Shown here one piece after another: positions 35,256-47,199 of a stretch of DNA of 64,000 bases (its first letter is position 1; every line of letters starts with the position of its first letter). The notes under the pieces were generated by a model. The model saw nothing but the letters and a program-made list of their open reading frames with translations, searched no databases and was not told the DNA's origin. Source of the DNA: Squalus acanthias (Eukaryota); the NCBI GenBank assembly GCA_030390025.1, contig CM059438.1, positions 58,716,001 to 58,780,000 on the forward strand. Reading direction: 5' to 3'. Made by a program: the position numbers and the translations under genes.

Positions 35256-37232
35256 GCTGGATAGCTCTTTGTTGGCCGGCGTGGACACGATGGGCCAAAA
35301 TGGCCTCCTTCTGTGCTTTAACTTTCTACGATTCTATGATATGGGGAGGTGCTAAAAATAAGAGGGAAGTAGGGGCAAGGTTAAGGAGATGGTTGGTGAG
35401 GGAAAGATCAAGTAAAGGAGTAACGAGTACTGCAGAGTGTGATTGGGTCAGGGTGCAGCGTTTATATGTGAACCTAAAAAGAATTTGAAATAAGCAGGGG
35501 GTAGATTTTGATTGCCTGAGTGGAGCGCAGCGGCGAACATCTGGCAGCGAGGATCGCTAACAGACCCCAAGGACTGAGCTCTGCTCAGGCAATGCTTCAC
35601 TCCCAGGTGGTAAAGGTGACCATCTACCCTGCAGACTCTGCTGTGAGTAGAGGTACAACAGCTCCCTCCGGAGTTTCGGCAGGACACCGGGAAAACCCCA
35701 TGGAAATTCAGGGCCTTAGACTCAGAGTGCAGGAAAAGAGAGAACGAGGGGTGCAGATACATAGAGAGCAGGAAGAGAGAGAGAGAGTGAGGGGTGTAGA
35801 TACATAGAGTGCAGGAAGAGAGAGAGAGAGTGAGTGAGGGGTGTAGATACATAGAGTGCAGGAAGAGAGAGAGAGAGAGTGAGGGGTGTAGATACATAGA
35901 GTGCAGGAAGAGAGAGAGAGTGAGAGAGGGGTGAAGATACATAGAGTGCAGGAAGAGAGAGAACGAGGGGTGCAGATACATAGAGAGCAGGAAGAGAGAG
36001 AGTGAGTGAGGGGTGTAGATACATAGAGTGCAGGAAGAGAGAGAGAGAGTGAGGGGTGTAGATACATAGAGTGCAGGAAGAGAGAGAGAGTGAGACAGTG
36101 GTGAAGATACATAGAGTGCAGGAAGAGAGAGAACGAGGGGTGCAGATACATAGAGAGCAGGAAGAGAGAGAGTGAGTGAGGGGTGTAGATACATAGAGTG
36201 CAGGAAGAGAGAGAGAGTGAGGGGTGTAGATACATAGAGTGCAGGAAGAGAGAGAGAGAGAGAGAGAGTGAGGGGTGTAGATACATAGAGTGCAGGAAGA
36301 GAGAGAGAATGAGAGAGGGGTGAAGATACATAGAGTGCAGGAAGAGAGAGAGAGTGAGGGGTGTAGATACATAGAGTACAGGAAGAGAGAGAGAGAGAGC
36401 GAGGGGTGTAGATACATAGAGAGCAGGAAGAGAGAGAGAGAGTGAGGGGTGTAGATACATAGAGTGCAGGAAGAGAGAGAGAGAGTGAGGGGTGTAGATA
36501 CATAGAGAGCAGGAAGAGAGAGAGAGAGTGAGGGGTGTAGATACATAGAGAGCAGGACGAGAGAGAGTGAGGGGTGTAGATACATAGAGAGCAGGAAGAG
36601 AGAGAGAGTGAGGGGTGTAGATACATAGAGAGCAGGAAGAGAGAGAGAGAGAGAGTGAGGGGTGGAGATACATAGAGAGCAGGAAGAGAGAGAGAGAGAG
36701 CGAGGGGTGTAGATACATAGGGGGAAAAATTCAGTTGGTTGTGCCTCCCGTTAGCGCCTTAAGAGGGCGCTAATGGGGCGCAAAGCCGCTAGCGCCTGGG
36801 CGCAGCGATGTTTGCGCCGCTCGGGAACTTAACTAGACATTGTGCGGCGGCGCTAAACTTTACCGCTGCGACCACCTGCGCGCGCAGATTGTGACGTCAT
36901 TCCATGGTGCAACGCCCTTGTGGCGCCCCGGAGCGGAAATTGAGTGGCGCCCCCTGCCTTACCGCCTGGCGCATCCAACGACCGGAAGACTGGAACGCTA
37001 TCAATCGCTGTGGGGCTGGGGGGGGGGCGCTATTTAAAGGGGGCCTCTTCCTGTCTTTGTCTGTGGTTGACATTTTTGCACCACTCGTTCTGAGAGAGAG
37101 AGAGAGATTCGGAGAGAGAGAAAGAGAGACTTCTGCATTGAGTCAACGCTTTGGGAGGTAGTTTTGCCTACTGATCCTAACTTCGCTGGTACTTTGGTTG
37201 CTGTCCTTCATAACTTTGCTTGCAAAGAGACT

Positions 37233-38393
37233 ATGGGGGCTGCACTGATTGGGGGCGTCGTCCTGCTCCAGCTGAATCGGAGGACACAGAGACGCAGAGA
37301 GAGACTGGCAATGATGGCCAGACGGAGGAGGGCCAACAGGCGTATGTACAGGAGAGCTTACCCTCCCAGGGTATATCGTGAACAGCTCTCCTACATTCAT
37401 ATGTCTGAGGAGCTGTGTTTGCGAAGGCTGCGATTCAGCAAGGAGGTGGTCACTGAGCTCTGCCACCTGCTGCAGCCAGATCTGCAGCCTCAACTGAGGT
37501 CCAGGACGTCTCTGTCGGTGGCAGTGAAGGTCACAGTGGCTCTCAACTTCTATGCTACTGGCTCATTTCAAGCTGCTGCTGGGGACCTCGCCAATATCTC
37601 CCAGTTCGCGGTGCATTGCTGCATCCGGCAGGTCACAAATGCCCTCTTTAAAAGGAGACGAGAGTTCATCTCTTTCCCCATGACCCTAGACAAGCAGCGT
37701 GACCGCGCTCTGGGCTTTGCGAGGATAGCGGGCTTCCCCATGGTGCAGGGCGCCATTGACTGCACGCATGTGGCTTTGCGTGCTCCACATGAGAATGCCG
37801 AGGATTTCCGGAACAGAAAGGGGTTCCATTCCTTGAATGTTCAGTTGGTCTGTGACCACAGACAGCTGATACTCGCTGTCAATGCCCACTATCCTGGCAG
37901 CTGCCACGATGCTTCCATCCTGCGCCAGACCACTGTGGCAGAACTTTTCGAGGCACCGCATCAGCCAGTTGGTTGGCTTCTCGGGGACAAGGGGTATCCA
38001 TTGAGCACCTGGCTGATGACACCGCTCCGTACGCCCAACACCCCTGCTGAGCTGCGGTACAACGAGAGCCATCAAGCTACCAGGAACATCATTGAGCGCA
38101 CAATCGGCGTGCTGAAGCAACGGTTCCGCTGTCTCGACCATTCTGGAGGAGCCCTGCAGTACTCGCCTGAGCGAGTATCCAACTTCGTAGTTGTGTGCTG
38201 CATGTTGCATAACATGGCAATCGTCAGGACCCAGCCAATGCCACCAGGCCTTGGAGCACCACCAGAGGAGGAGGAGGAAGAGGAGGAAGAGGATGAGGAG
38301 GATGATCATCAGCAGCACCAAGGCGGGAGGGCGGCCCACAATGGTGAAACTGCAAGGGCCGTCCGTCAACGGCTGATAGCAAGCCGCTTCTAG
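37233..38393 (+). CDS. Harbinger DDE transposase (HARBI1-like), 386 aa
   Basis: GAIDCTHV, NRKGFHSLNVQLVCD, PGSCHDA, LGDKGYPL, RNIIERTIGVLKQRFRCL, CCMLHN; no disablement. Confidence 0.93.
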   Translation: MGAALIGGVVLLQLNRRTQRRRERLAMMARRRRANRRMYRRAYPPRVYREQLSYIHMSEELCLRRLRFSKEVVTELCHLLQPDLQPQLRSRTSLSVAVKVTVALNFYATGSFQAAAGDLANISQFAVHCCIRQVTNALFKRRREFISFPMTLDKQRDRALGFARIAGFPMVQGAIDCTHVALRAPHENAEDFRNRKGFHSLNVQLVCDHRQLILAVNAHYPGSCHDASILRQTTVAELFEAPHQPVGWLLGDKGYPLSTWLMTPLRTPNTPAELRYNESHQATRNIIERTIGVLKQRFRCLDHSGGALQYSPERVSNFVVVCCMLHNMAIVRTQPMPPGLGAPPEEEEEEEEEDEEDDHQQHQGGRAAHNGETARAVRQRLIASRF

Positions 38394-38705
38394 GGCCCCT
38401 GCTGTGGAAATGGCTTCTGCCATTGCTAACAACATCAATGAACCCAGCACGCAACCCCTAAGCCGGCCAAGGCACCAATGATTCCAAACACCAAACATGT
38501 ATATTTTGAATACAAAAACTTATTTATTTTACAAACTCTGTGTGTGTCATTTCCTCATGACAAACTCATAGAAATAAACACAAAAAAACAGTCATTAACA
38601 TAACTGGTTCTCACAACCTGGAGATAATGTCCAAAACACTAGACAAAAGTTGGGCCACGAACCTCGGCCTTTAATAAAAAAATGACCAGCATTTTGTCAC
38701 ACCTC

Positions 38706-40579
38706 CTACTTTTTGCCCTTCGAGGGTGATCTCCTTCCCTTGCGCACTTCCCCCCTTCTAACCCTACTGCTCCTCCGTAATGGGACCTCAGTGGCTGCAG
38801 CAAGGCTGGTGGAAGGCTGCTGATTGTCAGACCCTGACACTGCAGATGCCCCTGAAGGACGGCCTCGACCAGTTCTGGGCCTGGAGGGCCCGGCTGCAGA
38901 CTGCACCAACTCTGCATGGGTGGCAGCAGTCTGTCCTACAGGCGGTGGCAAGTGCAGTGGAGAAGTGACAGTGTTGGCAGCAGGAATGCTGTCATCGTGA
39001 GAGAGGACAGCAACTCCCTGCTCGACCGACACACTGGCACTCCCACGGGGCAGCACTTCAGCATCCGGAGCAATCTGCTGGAGCACAGATTGCTGGCCTG
39101 CTGCGGCGCGGTGAGAGCCCCGGGGACATGTGAACGAACCATCGAGGTTGGCAGCAGTCAGTGCTCGCGTGGCCTCAATCTGAGTCTGCATGAGAGCAGT
39201 CAGAGATGGGATCACGGCAGTCAGTGACTGAATTGCAGCACTAAGCTTTAGTGTGGCATCCGCCTGTGCTACAGCGAAGTGCTCCACACTCCTTGCCAGT
39301 GACTCAATGCATTCGGGCACCCTTCCCACTGCACCCATGAGCTCAGTGTGCATGCCCACCGCCTGGGTGTTCATTTCTGCGATCAGCCGCTCCTCCTCTG
39401 CGTCCATTGCAGTAGGAGTCGCTGGCATAATCTCCCTCTGGGGAGAAGGCCCCCGTTCTTCCCTACCCCCATGGCGTTGCTGCAGCCCGCTGGGTCCTGG
39501 AGCTTCACCCTCATCAGACCCTTCCCCCCTGCTCCCCTCCAGGGAAGGCGTGTTCCCAGTGTGGGCATGGGCTTCCTCGGGAGAGGGTGGCACTGATGCT
39601 CCGGCTTCCTCTTCCTCCTCGGCTGCAGCTTCACTCCCACTGGCAGCTTCAGGGCCCGTCTCCTCAGCTGGTGAATCACCATCTGAAAGCAGGGAGGTAC
39701 AAGAGTGGCTTTAGCGTGAGGACAGGGTGGCAGTAAGGGAGGAATAAGTGCAGCGAGTTAGCAAGTTGGATTGAAAGTGTCAAAGGCTGGTGTTGTGAGG
39801 GACAAGTGGAAGGACAGAGGACAAAAAGGTGATGACCTTACCATTGCTGTCCAGAACGGGGTCGGCGTCTCCAGTGGCGACGGGACCGATCACCCGGCTT
39901 GCCACAATCCTGTGGACGCGCTCCTCAAGATCGCTGAGGGGTAGCAGCTGAGGCCGCCCTCCACCTGTCCGTTGCTGCTGTCTCCTATTATGCGCCAGCT
40001 TGGCCTGCAAGAAAAAGGACAGCATCTGAGTAAATATACAGCCATGGTCTTGCCTGATGTGCCTCCCATAGGTGAATAGCCCTTACTGTATACCGCCATG
40101 GTCTTGCCTGATGTGCCTCCCATAGGTGAATAGCCCTTACTGTATACAGCCATGGTCTTTCCTGATGTGCCTCCCATAGGTGAATAGCCCTTACTGTATG
40201 CAAAGTGTGGAATGTGCGTGTGTGTTTCATGAAAGGGCCATAGGTGTTGGATGAGTGTTGTGCATTGGGGTTTTAAGACCCTCTGGCCATAGAGTGAGGT
40301 TGACATGGAGGGATGGAGAGGTATTGAGAAAAAGCCACTCACCCTGACGACCCGAGTGAGGTCGTTGAACTTTTTGCGGCATTGAACATGGGTCCTGGGC
40401 ACCATGCTCCTGGAGGAGACGCTCTGAGCCACCTCCCTCCACACTCTTCTGTACTCGCGTGGCAAAGGCCTCCTGCCACTCTCAGGGAAGAGTATAGATC
40501 TTCTGCACTCCACCGCGCCAACCAGAGCATCCAAGGCCCGCTCGGTGAAGCGCTGAGCTCGTTCTCTCACCCTCTCCAT
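38706..40579 (-). CDS. Harbinger Myb/SANT DNA-binding protein, 458 aa; exons 40579-40343, 40004-39842, 39682-38706
   Basis: RAQRFTERALDALV..VWREVAQSVS..RTHVQCRKKFNDLTR; canonical GT-AG introns (phase 0 and 1) give a continuous 1377-nt frame with a basic C-terminus. Confidence 0.87.
40035..40198. repeat. 54-bp tandem repeat x3 in intron 1 of the Myb gene
   Basis: TATACAGCCATGGTCTTGCCTGATGTGCCTCCCATAGGTGAATAGCCCTTACTG repeated three times. Confidence 0.9.
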
Positions 40580-43500
40580 CCTTGGCTGCAAAATGGATTC
40601 ACAGGTCTCTCCAGGCCGAGATTCAAGGCTGCAATGAGCAGGGTGTGGCTGGGGAGCAAGTTGGCGCCCCCCCCTTTAAGAACTGGCCGGCGCCAGTGTG
40701 TCTGTGTTCCCTCGCTAACTGGCAGCACCTGCGCTGCGCTCGCGCGCTGAGTTAGCGCCTCACTGCTCGGCCTTTGCGCCTTAAGACAGGTGTGCAGCGC
40801 CTGATTTAGCGCTCCACTCACCTCCCGGGGCGGTAAAAGTGAAGTTTCCAGTCAGTGGCGATAATTAGCGCCAGGCGCTAATTTTTGCGTCCAGACGATA
40901 TTTGCGCCCCAAACGGGGCGCGACCTAATTTTTCCCCCATAGAGTGCAGGAAGAGAGAGAGAGAGTGAGGGGTGAAGATACATAGAGTGCAGGAAGAGAG
41001 AGAGTGAGTGAGGGGTGTAGATACATAGAGTGCAGGAAGAGAGAGAGAGTGAGAGAGGGGTGAAGATACATAGAGTGCAGGAAGAGAGAGAGAGAGAGAA
41101 TGAGGGGTGGAGATACATAGAGAGCAGGAAGAGAGAGAGAGAGAGCAAGGGGTGTAGATACATAGAGTGCAGGAAGAGAGAGAATGAGGGGTGCAGATAC
41201 ATAGAGTGCAGGTAGAGAGAGAGAGAGTGAGGGGTGTAGATACATAGAGTGCAGGAAGAGAGAGAATGAGGGGTGCAGATACATAGAGTGCAGGAAGAGA
41301 GAGAGAGTGAGGGGTGGAGATACATAGAGAGCAGGAAGAGAGAGAGAGAGAGCAAGGGGTGTAGATACATAGAGTGCAGGAAGAGAGAGAATGAGGGGTG
41401 CAGATACATAGAGTGCAGGAAGAGAGAGAGTGAGGGGTGTAGATACATAGAGTGCAGGAAGAGAGAGAGAGTGAGGGGTGTAGATACATAGAGTGCAGGA
41501 AGAGAGAGAGAGTGAGAGAGGGGTGTAGATACATAGAGAGCAGGAAGAGAGAGAATGAGGGGTGCAGATACATAGAGTGCAGGAAGAGAGAGAGAATGAG
41601 GGGTGCAGATACATAGAGTGCAGGAAGAGAGAGAGAGTGAGGGGTGTAGATACATAGAGTGCAGGAAGAGAGAGAGAGTGAGAGAGGGGTGAAGATACAT
41701 AGAGTGCAGGAAGAGAGAGAAAGAGAGTGAGGGGTGTAGATACATAGAGAGCAGGACGAGAGAGAGAGAGAGTGAGGGGTGTAGATACATAGAGAGCAGG
41801 AAGAGAGAGAGAGAGAGTGAGGGGTGTAGATACATAGAGAGCAGGAAGAGAGAGAGAGTGAGGGGTGGAGATACATAGAGTGCAGGAATTGAGAGAGAGA
41901 GTGGGGGGTGTAGATACATAGAGAGCAGGAAGAGAGAGAGAGAGAGTGAGGGGTGTAGATACATAGAGAGCAGGAAGAGAGAGAATGAGGGGTGTAGATA
42001 CATAGAGAGCAGGAAGAGAGAGAGAGAGTGAGGGGTGTAGATACATAGAGAGCAGGAAGAGAGAGAGAGAGTGAGGGGTGGAGATACATAGAGAGCAGGA
42101 AGAGAGAGAGAGAGAGAGTGAGGGGTGTAGATACATAGAGTGCAGGAAGAGAGAGAGAGAGGGAGGGGTGTAGATACATAGAGTGCAGGAAGAGAGAGAG
42201 AGAGTGAGGGGTGTAGATACATAGAGTGCAGGAAGAGAGAGAGAGTGAGGGGTGCAGATACATAGAGAGCAGGAAGAGAGAGAGAGTGAGGGGTGTAGAT
42301 ACATAGAGAGCAGGAAGAGAGAGAGAGAGAGTGAGGGGTGTAGATACATAGAGTGCAGGAAGAGAGAGAGAGTGAGGGGTGCAGATACATAGAGTGCAGG
42401 ACGAGAGAGAGAGAGAGTGAGGGGTGTAGATACATAGAGAGCAGGACGAGAGAGAGAGAGAGTGAGGGGTGTAGATACATAGAGAGCAGGAAGAGAGAGA
42501 ATGAGGGGTGTAGATACATAGAGAGCAGGAAGAGAGAGAGAGAGTGAGGGGTGGAGATACATAGAGAGCAGGAAGAGAGAGAGAGAGAGTGAGGGGTGTA
42601 GATACATAGAGTGCAGGAAGAGAGAGAGAGTGAGGGGTGTAGATACATAGAGAGCAGGACGAGAGAGAGAGAGAGTGAGGGGTGTAGATACATAGAGAGC
42701 AGGAAGAGAGAGAGAGAGAGTGAGGGGTGTAGATACATAGAGAGCAGGACGAGAGAGAGAGAGAGTGAGGGGTGTAGATACATAGAGAGCAGGATGAGAG
42801 AGAGAGAGTGAGGGGTGTAGATACATAGAGTGCAGGAAGAGAGAGAGAGTGAGAGTGAGGGGTGGAGATACATAGAGTGCAGGAAGAGAGAGAGAGAGTG
42901 AGGGGTGGAGATACATAGAGAGCAGGAAGAGAGAGAGAGTGAGAGTGAGGGGTGGAGATACATAGAGTGCAGGAAGAGAGAGAGAGAGTGAGGGGTGGAG
43001 ATACATAGAGAGCAGGACGAGAGAGAGAGTGAGGGGTGTAGATACATAGAGAGCAGGAAGAGAGAGAGAGAGTGAGGGGTGTAGATACATAGAGAGCAGG
43101 AAGAGAGAGAGTGAGGGGTGTAGATACATAGAGAGCAGGACGAGAGAGAGATGAGGGGTGTAGATACATAGAGAGCAGGAAGAGAGAGAGAGAGCGAGGG
43201 GTGTAGAAACATAGAGAGCAGGAAGAGAGAGAGAGAGAGTGAGGGGTGGAGATACAAAGAGAGCAGGACGAGAGAGAGAGTGAGGGGTGTAGATACAAAG
43301 AGAGCAGGACGAGAGAGAGAGAGTGAGGGGTGTAGATACATAGAGTGCAGGAATTGAGAGAGAGAGTGAGGGGTGTAGATACATAGAGTGCAGGAAGAGA
43401 GAGAGAGAGTGAGGGGTGTAGATACATAGAGTGCAGGAAGAGAGAGAGAGAGTGAGGGGTGTAGATACATAGAGTGCAGGAAGAGAGAGAGAGCGAGGGG

Positions 43501-45560
43501 TATAGATACATAGAGTGCAGGAAGAGAGAGAGAGTGAGGGGTGTAGATACATAGAGTGCAGGAAGAGAGAGAGAGCGAGGGGTATAGATACCTAGAGAGC
43601 AGGAAGAGAGAGAGTGAGAGAGGGGTGTAGATACATAGAGAGCAGGAAGAGAGAGAGTGAGGGGTGTAGATACATAGAGAGCAGGACGAGAGAGAGAGAG
43701 TGAGGGGTGTAGATACATAGAGAGCAGGAAGAGAGAGAGAGTGAGGGGTGGAGATACATAGAGTGCAGGAATTGAGAGAGAGAGTGGGGGGTGTAGATAC
43801 ATAGAGAGCAGGAAGAGAGAGAGAGAGAGTGAGGGGTGTAGATACATAGAGAGCAGGAAGAGAGAGAATGAGGGGTGTAGATACATAGAGAGCAGGAAGA
43901 GAGAGAGAGAGTGAGGGGTGTAGATACATAGAGAGCAGGAAGAGAGAGAGAGAGTGAGGGGTGGAGATACATAGAGAGCAGGAAGAGAGAGAGAGAGAGA
44001 GTGAGGGGTGTAGATACATAGAGTGCAGGAAGAGAGAGAGAGAGTGAGGGGTGTAGATACATAGAGTGCAGGAAGAGAGAGAGAGAGTGAGGGGTGTAGA
44101 TACATAGAGTGCAGGAAGAGAGAGAGAGTGAGGGGTGCAGATACATAGAGAGCAGGAAGAGAGAGAGAGTGAGGGGTGTAGATACATAGAGAGCAGGAAG
44201 AGAGAGAGAGAGAGTGAGGGGTGTAGATACATAGAGTGCAGGAAGAGAGAGAGAGTGAGGGGTGCAGATACATAGAGTGCAGGACGAGAGAGAGAGAGAG
44301 TGAGGGGTGTAGATACATAGAGAGCAGGACGAGAGAGAGAGAGAGTGAGGGGTGTAGATACATAGAGAGCAGGAAGAGAGAGAATGAGGGGTGTAGATAC
44401 ATAGAGAGCAGGAAGAGAGAGAGAGAGTGAGGGGTGGAGATACATAGAGAGCAGGAAGAGAGAGAGAGAGAGTGAGGGGTGTAGATACATAGAGTGCAGG
44501 AAGAGAGAGAGAGTGAGGGGTGTAGATACATAGAGAGCAGGACGAGAGAGAGAGAGAGTGAGGGGTGTAGATACATAGAGAGCAGGAAGAGAGAGAGAGA
44601 GAGTGAGGGGTGTAGATACATAGAGAGCAGGACGAGAGAGAGAGAGAGTGAGGGGTGTAGATACATAGAGAGCAGGATGAGAGAGAGAGAGTGAGGGGTG
44701 TAGATACATAGAGTGCAGGAAGAGAGAGAGAGTGAGAGTGAGGGGTGGAGATACATAGAGTGCAGGAAGAGAGAGAGAGAGTGAGGGGTGGAGATACATA
44801 GAGAGCAGGAAGAGAGAGAGAGTGAGAGTGAGGGGTGGAGATACATAGAGTGCAGGAAGAGAGAGAGAGAGTGAGGGGTGGAGATACATAGAGAGCAGGA
44901 CGAGAGAGAGAGAGTGAGGGGTGTAGATACATAGAGAGCAGGAAGAGAGAGAGAGAGAGTGAGGGGTGTAGATACATAGAGAGCAGGAAGAGAGAGAGTG
45001 AGGGGTGTAGATACATAGAGAGCAGGACGAGAGAGAGTGAGGGGTGTAGATACATAGAGAGCAGGAAGAGAGAGAGAGAGCGAGGGGTGTAGATACATAG
45101 AGAGCAGGAAGAGAGAGAGAGAGTGAGGGGTGGAGATACAAAGAGAGCAGGACGAGAGAGAGAGTGAGGGGTGTAGATACAAAGAGAGCAGGACGAGAGA
45201 GAGAGAGTGAGGGGTGTAGATACATAGAGTGCAGGAATTGAGAGAGAGAGTGAGGGGTGTAGATACATAGAGTGCAGGAAGAGAGAGAGAGAGTGAGGGG
45301 TGTAGATACATAGAGTGCAGGAAGAGAGAGAGAGAGTGAGGGGTGTAGATACATAGAGTGCAGGAAGAGAGAGAGAGCGAGGGGTATAGATACATAGAGT
45401 GCAGGAAGAGAGAGAGAGTGAGGGGTGTAGATACATAGAGTGCAGGAAGAGAGAGAGAGCGAGGGGTATAGATACCTAGAGAGCAGGAAGAGAGAGAGTG
45501 AGAGAGGGGTGTAGATACATAGAGAGCAGGAAGAGAGAGAGTGAGGGGTGTAGATACATA

Positions 45561-46245
45561 GGGCTGGATTTTCAATGACCCATGGAGTCAGGTTTGGAGG
45601 CAGGTGGGGGGTTAAAGTTGCGGGGTCGGGGGTCCCAACCCCATCCCGACTCCAACACGCCTCCACGCAATTTTGACAAAATCGGTCGTGGGGTTCCCGA
45701 CTCCGTCCCGCCTCCAAGAGGCGGGAGAGGCCATTAAAGCCCTTAACAAGCCCTAAATTGGCTCTGTAATGCCATTTTGAAATGTTTTAGCTAGTTTAAC
45801 CCTTTTCCGACGTGAAGTACGCCTGATTTGAAACACTCCAGTGAAACCTGGCGGGAGCACAAGTGGATAGCTGACTATCAGCTGCAGGTCCACTATTACA
45901 ATGGAGATGTGATGAAGGTAGTAGTAGTATTAGGTCTGGATGGAAAAAAAATTCTCTCTCTCTGTTGCTCATTTTGCATCCAGGTCCACTCACAGCAAAG
46001 GCCAAGCAGTTTCTGAGACCAGGCAGTCAGTCTCTGACATGCAATGATGACATCATCAGAGACGACTTTCAGACTGAAACCACTAATTTGTTCATGGGTT
46101 CCCACATGCTGGAACTCAATTTCCCAATTAAGTTAAAATTGCATCATTCATCCACATTACTCTGGAGTCGGGGGTGGGGGGGCGGGGGGTAACACGAAAT
46201 GCGGGTAACACGACCCCAACCCGACCCCAAGACAAAATCCAGCCC
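45561..46245. mobile_element. Harbinger-type MITE (685 bp)
   Basis: Perfect 12-bp TIR GGGCTGGATTTT / AAAATCCAGCCC; TSD ATA/ATA. Confidence 0.88.
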
Positions 46246-46450
46246 ATAGAGTGCAGGACGAGAGAAAGCGGTGTAGATACATAGAGTGCAGGACGAGAGA
46301 GAGAGTGAGGGGTGTAGATACATAGAGTGCAGGAAGAGAGAGAGAGAGAGTGAGGGGTGTCGATACATAGAGTGCAGGACAAGAGAGAGAGAGTGAGGGG
46401 TGTATATACATAGAATGCAGGAAGAGAGAGCGAGGCGTGCAGATACAATT

Positions 46451-47171
46451 AGAAATTGGCCTCCTTAGTGCCTTCTGTTATTGCCTTCGGGGGGGCGATA
46501 ACAGGGCGCTAACGACGTACCGCCCGGGCGCGGTGAAATGAACAACTCCCGCTAAATTGGTCGAGAGGTTTGCGGCGGCGGTTTCACATTGCGCCACAAT
46601 CTCCTGCGCCCGGAGATCGTGACATCATTGTGCTGCGCATCGCCCCGGTAGCGCCCCGGACCCGAACTTCGGTTCCACCCCCTGCAGCATCGCCGGGCGA
46701 TCACACTGACAGATGCAGGAGTCGTTGTTCAGGAGGCCAGGCGCTTCGGGGGCGCAAGTTTAAGGGGATGTTGGCGCGGAAGTATAAAAATTTTTGCAAT
46801 GCCTTATTTCAATTTTTTACATTTTTCTTGGGCAGCGATCGATCAGCCCGGCACTCTGCTGGAGTGCACGGGGCTGATCGGGCCGGATCGTGGCTGCCGT
46901 CGGGGACCAGCTCACTGGTTCAAATGCAGAGCCTGCAGCAATGGCCCTTCCCTTTAAGGGAGCGAAGGAGCCTCGGATCGCGGCAGCGCTGCACGGGACA
47001 TTACCGCCCCGCCTGCGTCTTTTGCCGCTCCAGGAAGGAAGTGGAGCGCTTGATTTAGTGCTTCACTTCCTTCCTGGAGCGCTAACAGCCAATTTAGGGG
47101 AAGCTGAGAATCATTAGCGCCTGGCACTAATTTTTCAGGATTTCAAAAGTTAACGATACTCAATTTCTCCC
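46451..47171. mobile_element. Harbinger-type MITE with eroded left end
   Basis: AGAAATTG ... CAATTTCTCCC ends; CpG-rich; subterminal GGCGCTAA/TTAGCGCC motifs. Confidence 0.6.
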
Positions 47172-47199
47172 TGATTGACCTTTAAAGGTTTGGACTGCA

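Larger units (their letters stand above)
30395..35340 (+). mobile_element. Near full-length CR1 LINE (5' UTR, ORF1, disrupted ORF2), with a Penelope insertion at the ORF1 start
   Basis: ORF1 esterase, APE endonuclease and RT motifs in order; tail TTCTACGATTCTATGAT; 5' boundary approximate. Confidence 0.9.
36720..40938. mobile_element. PIF/Harbinger transposon, apparently intact and autonomous (4219 bp)
   Basis: Perfect 12-bp TIR GGGGGAAAAATT, 3-bp TSD ATA/ATA, two convergent open genes. Confidence 0.95.
35722..46447. repeat. Satellite 1: ~42-50-bp unit GAGGGGTGTAGATACATAGAG(T/A)GCAGGAA(GA)nGT; blocks 35722-36719, 40939-45560, 46246-46447
   Basis: More than 100 visible units with variable (GA)n; interrupted by two TIR elements. 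Confidence 0.97.

Noticed and set aside
35497..35715. Possible short MITE at the left edge of satellite 1
   Set aside because: End similarity (GGGGGTAGATTT versus GGCCCTGAATTT) is weak and there is no matching TSD
37233..38393. Domesticated host HARBI1 gene
   Set aside because: Intronless, flanked by TIRs and a TSD, paired with a Myb gene, and has a decayed paralogue in the same window, so it is a transposon gene
40852..45717. Very long ORFs (1621, 1565, 875 and 614 aa) and similar ORFs at 35448-36718
   Set aside because: Artefacts of a satellite strand with almost no stop codons; all three frames give the same cycling peptides and variable (GA)n shifts frame constantly
35722..46447. CRISPR-like array (constant repeat plus variable spacer)
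   Set aside because: The variable parts are only (GA)n length variants, not unique spacers; no cas genes; eukaryotic context
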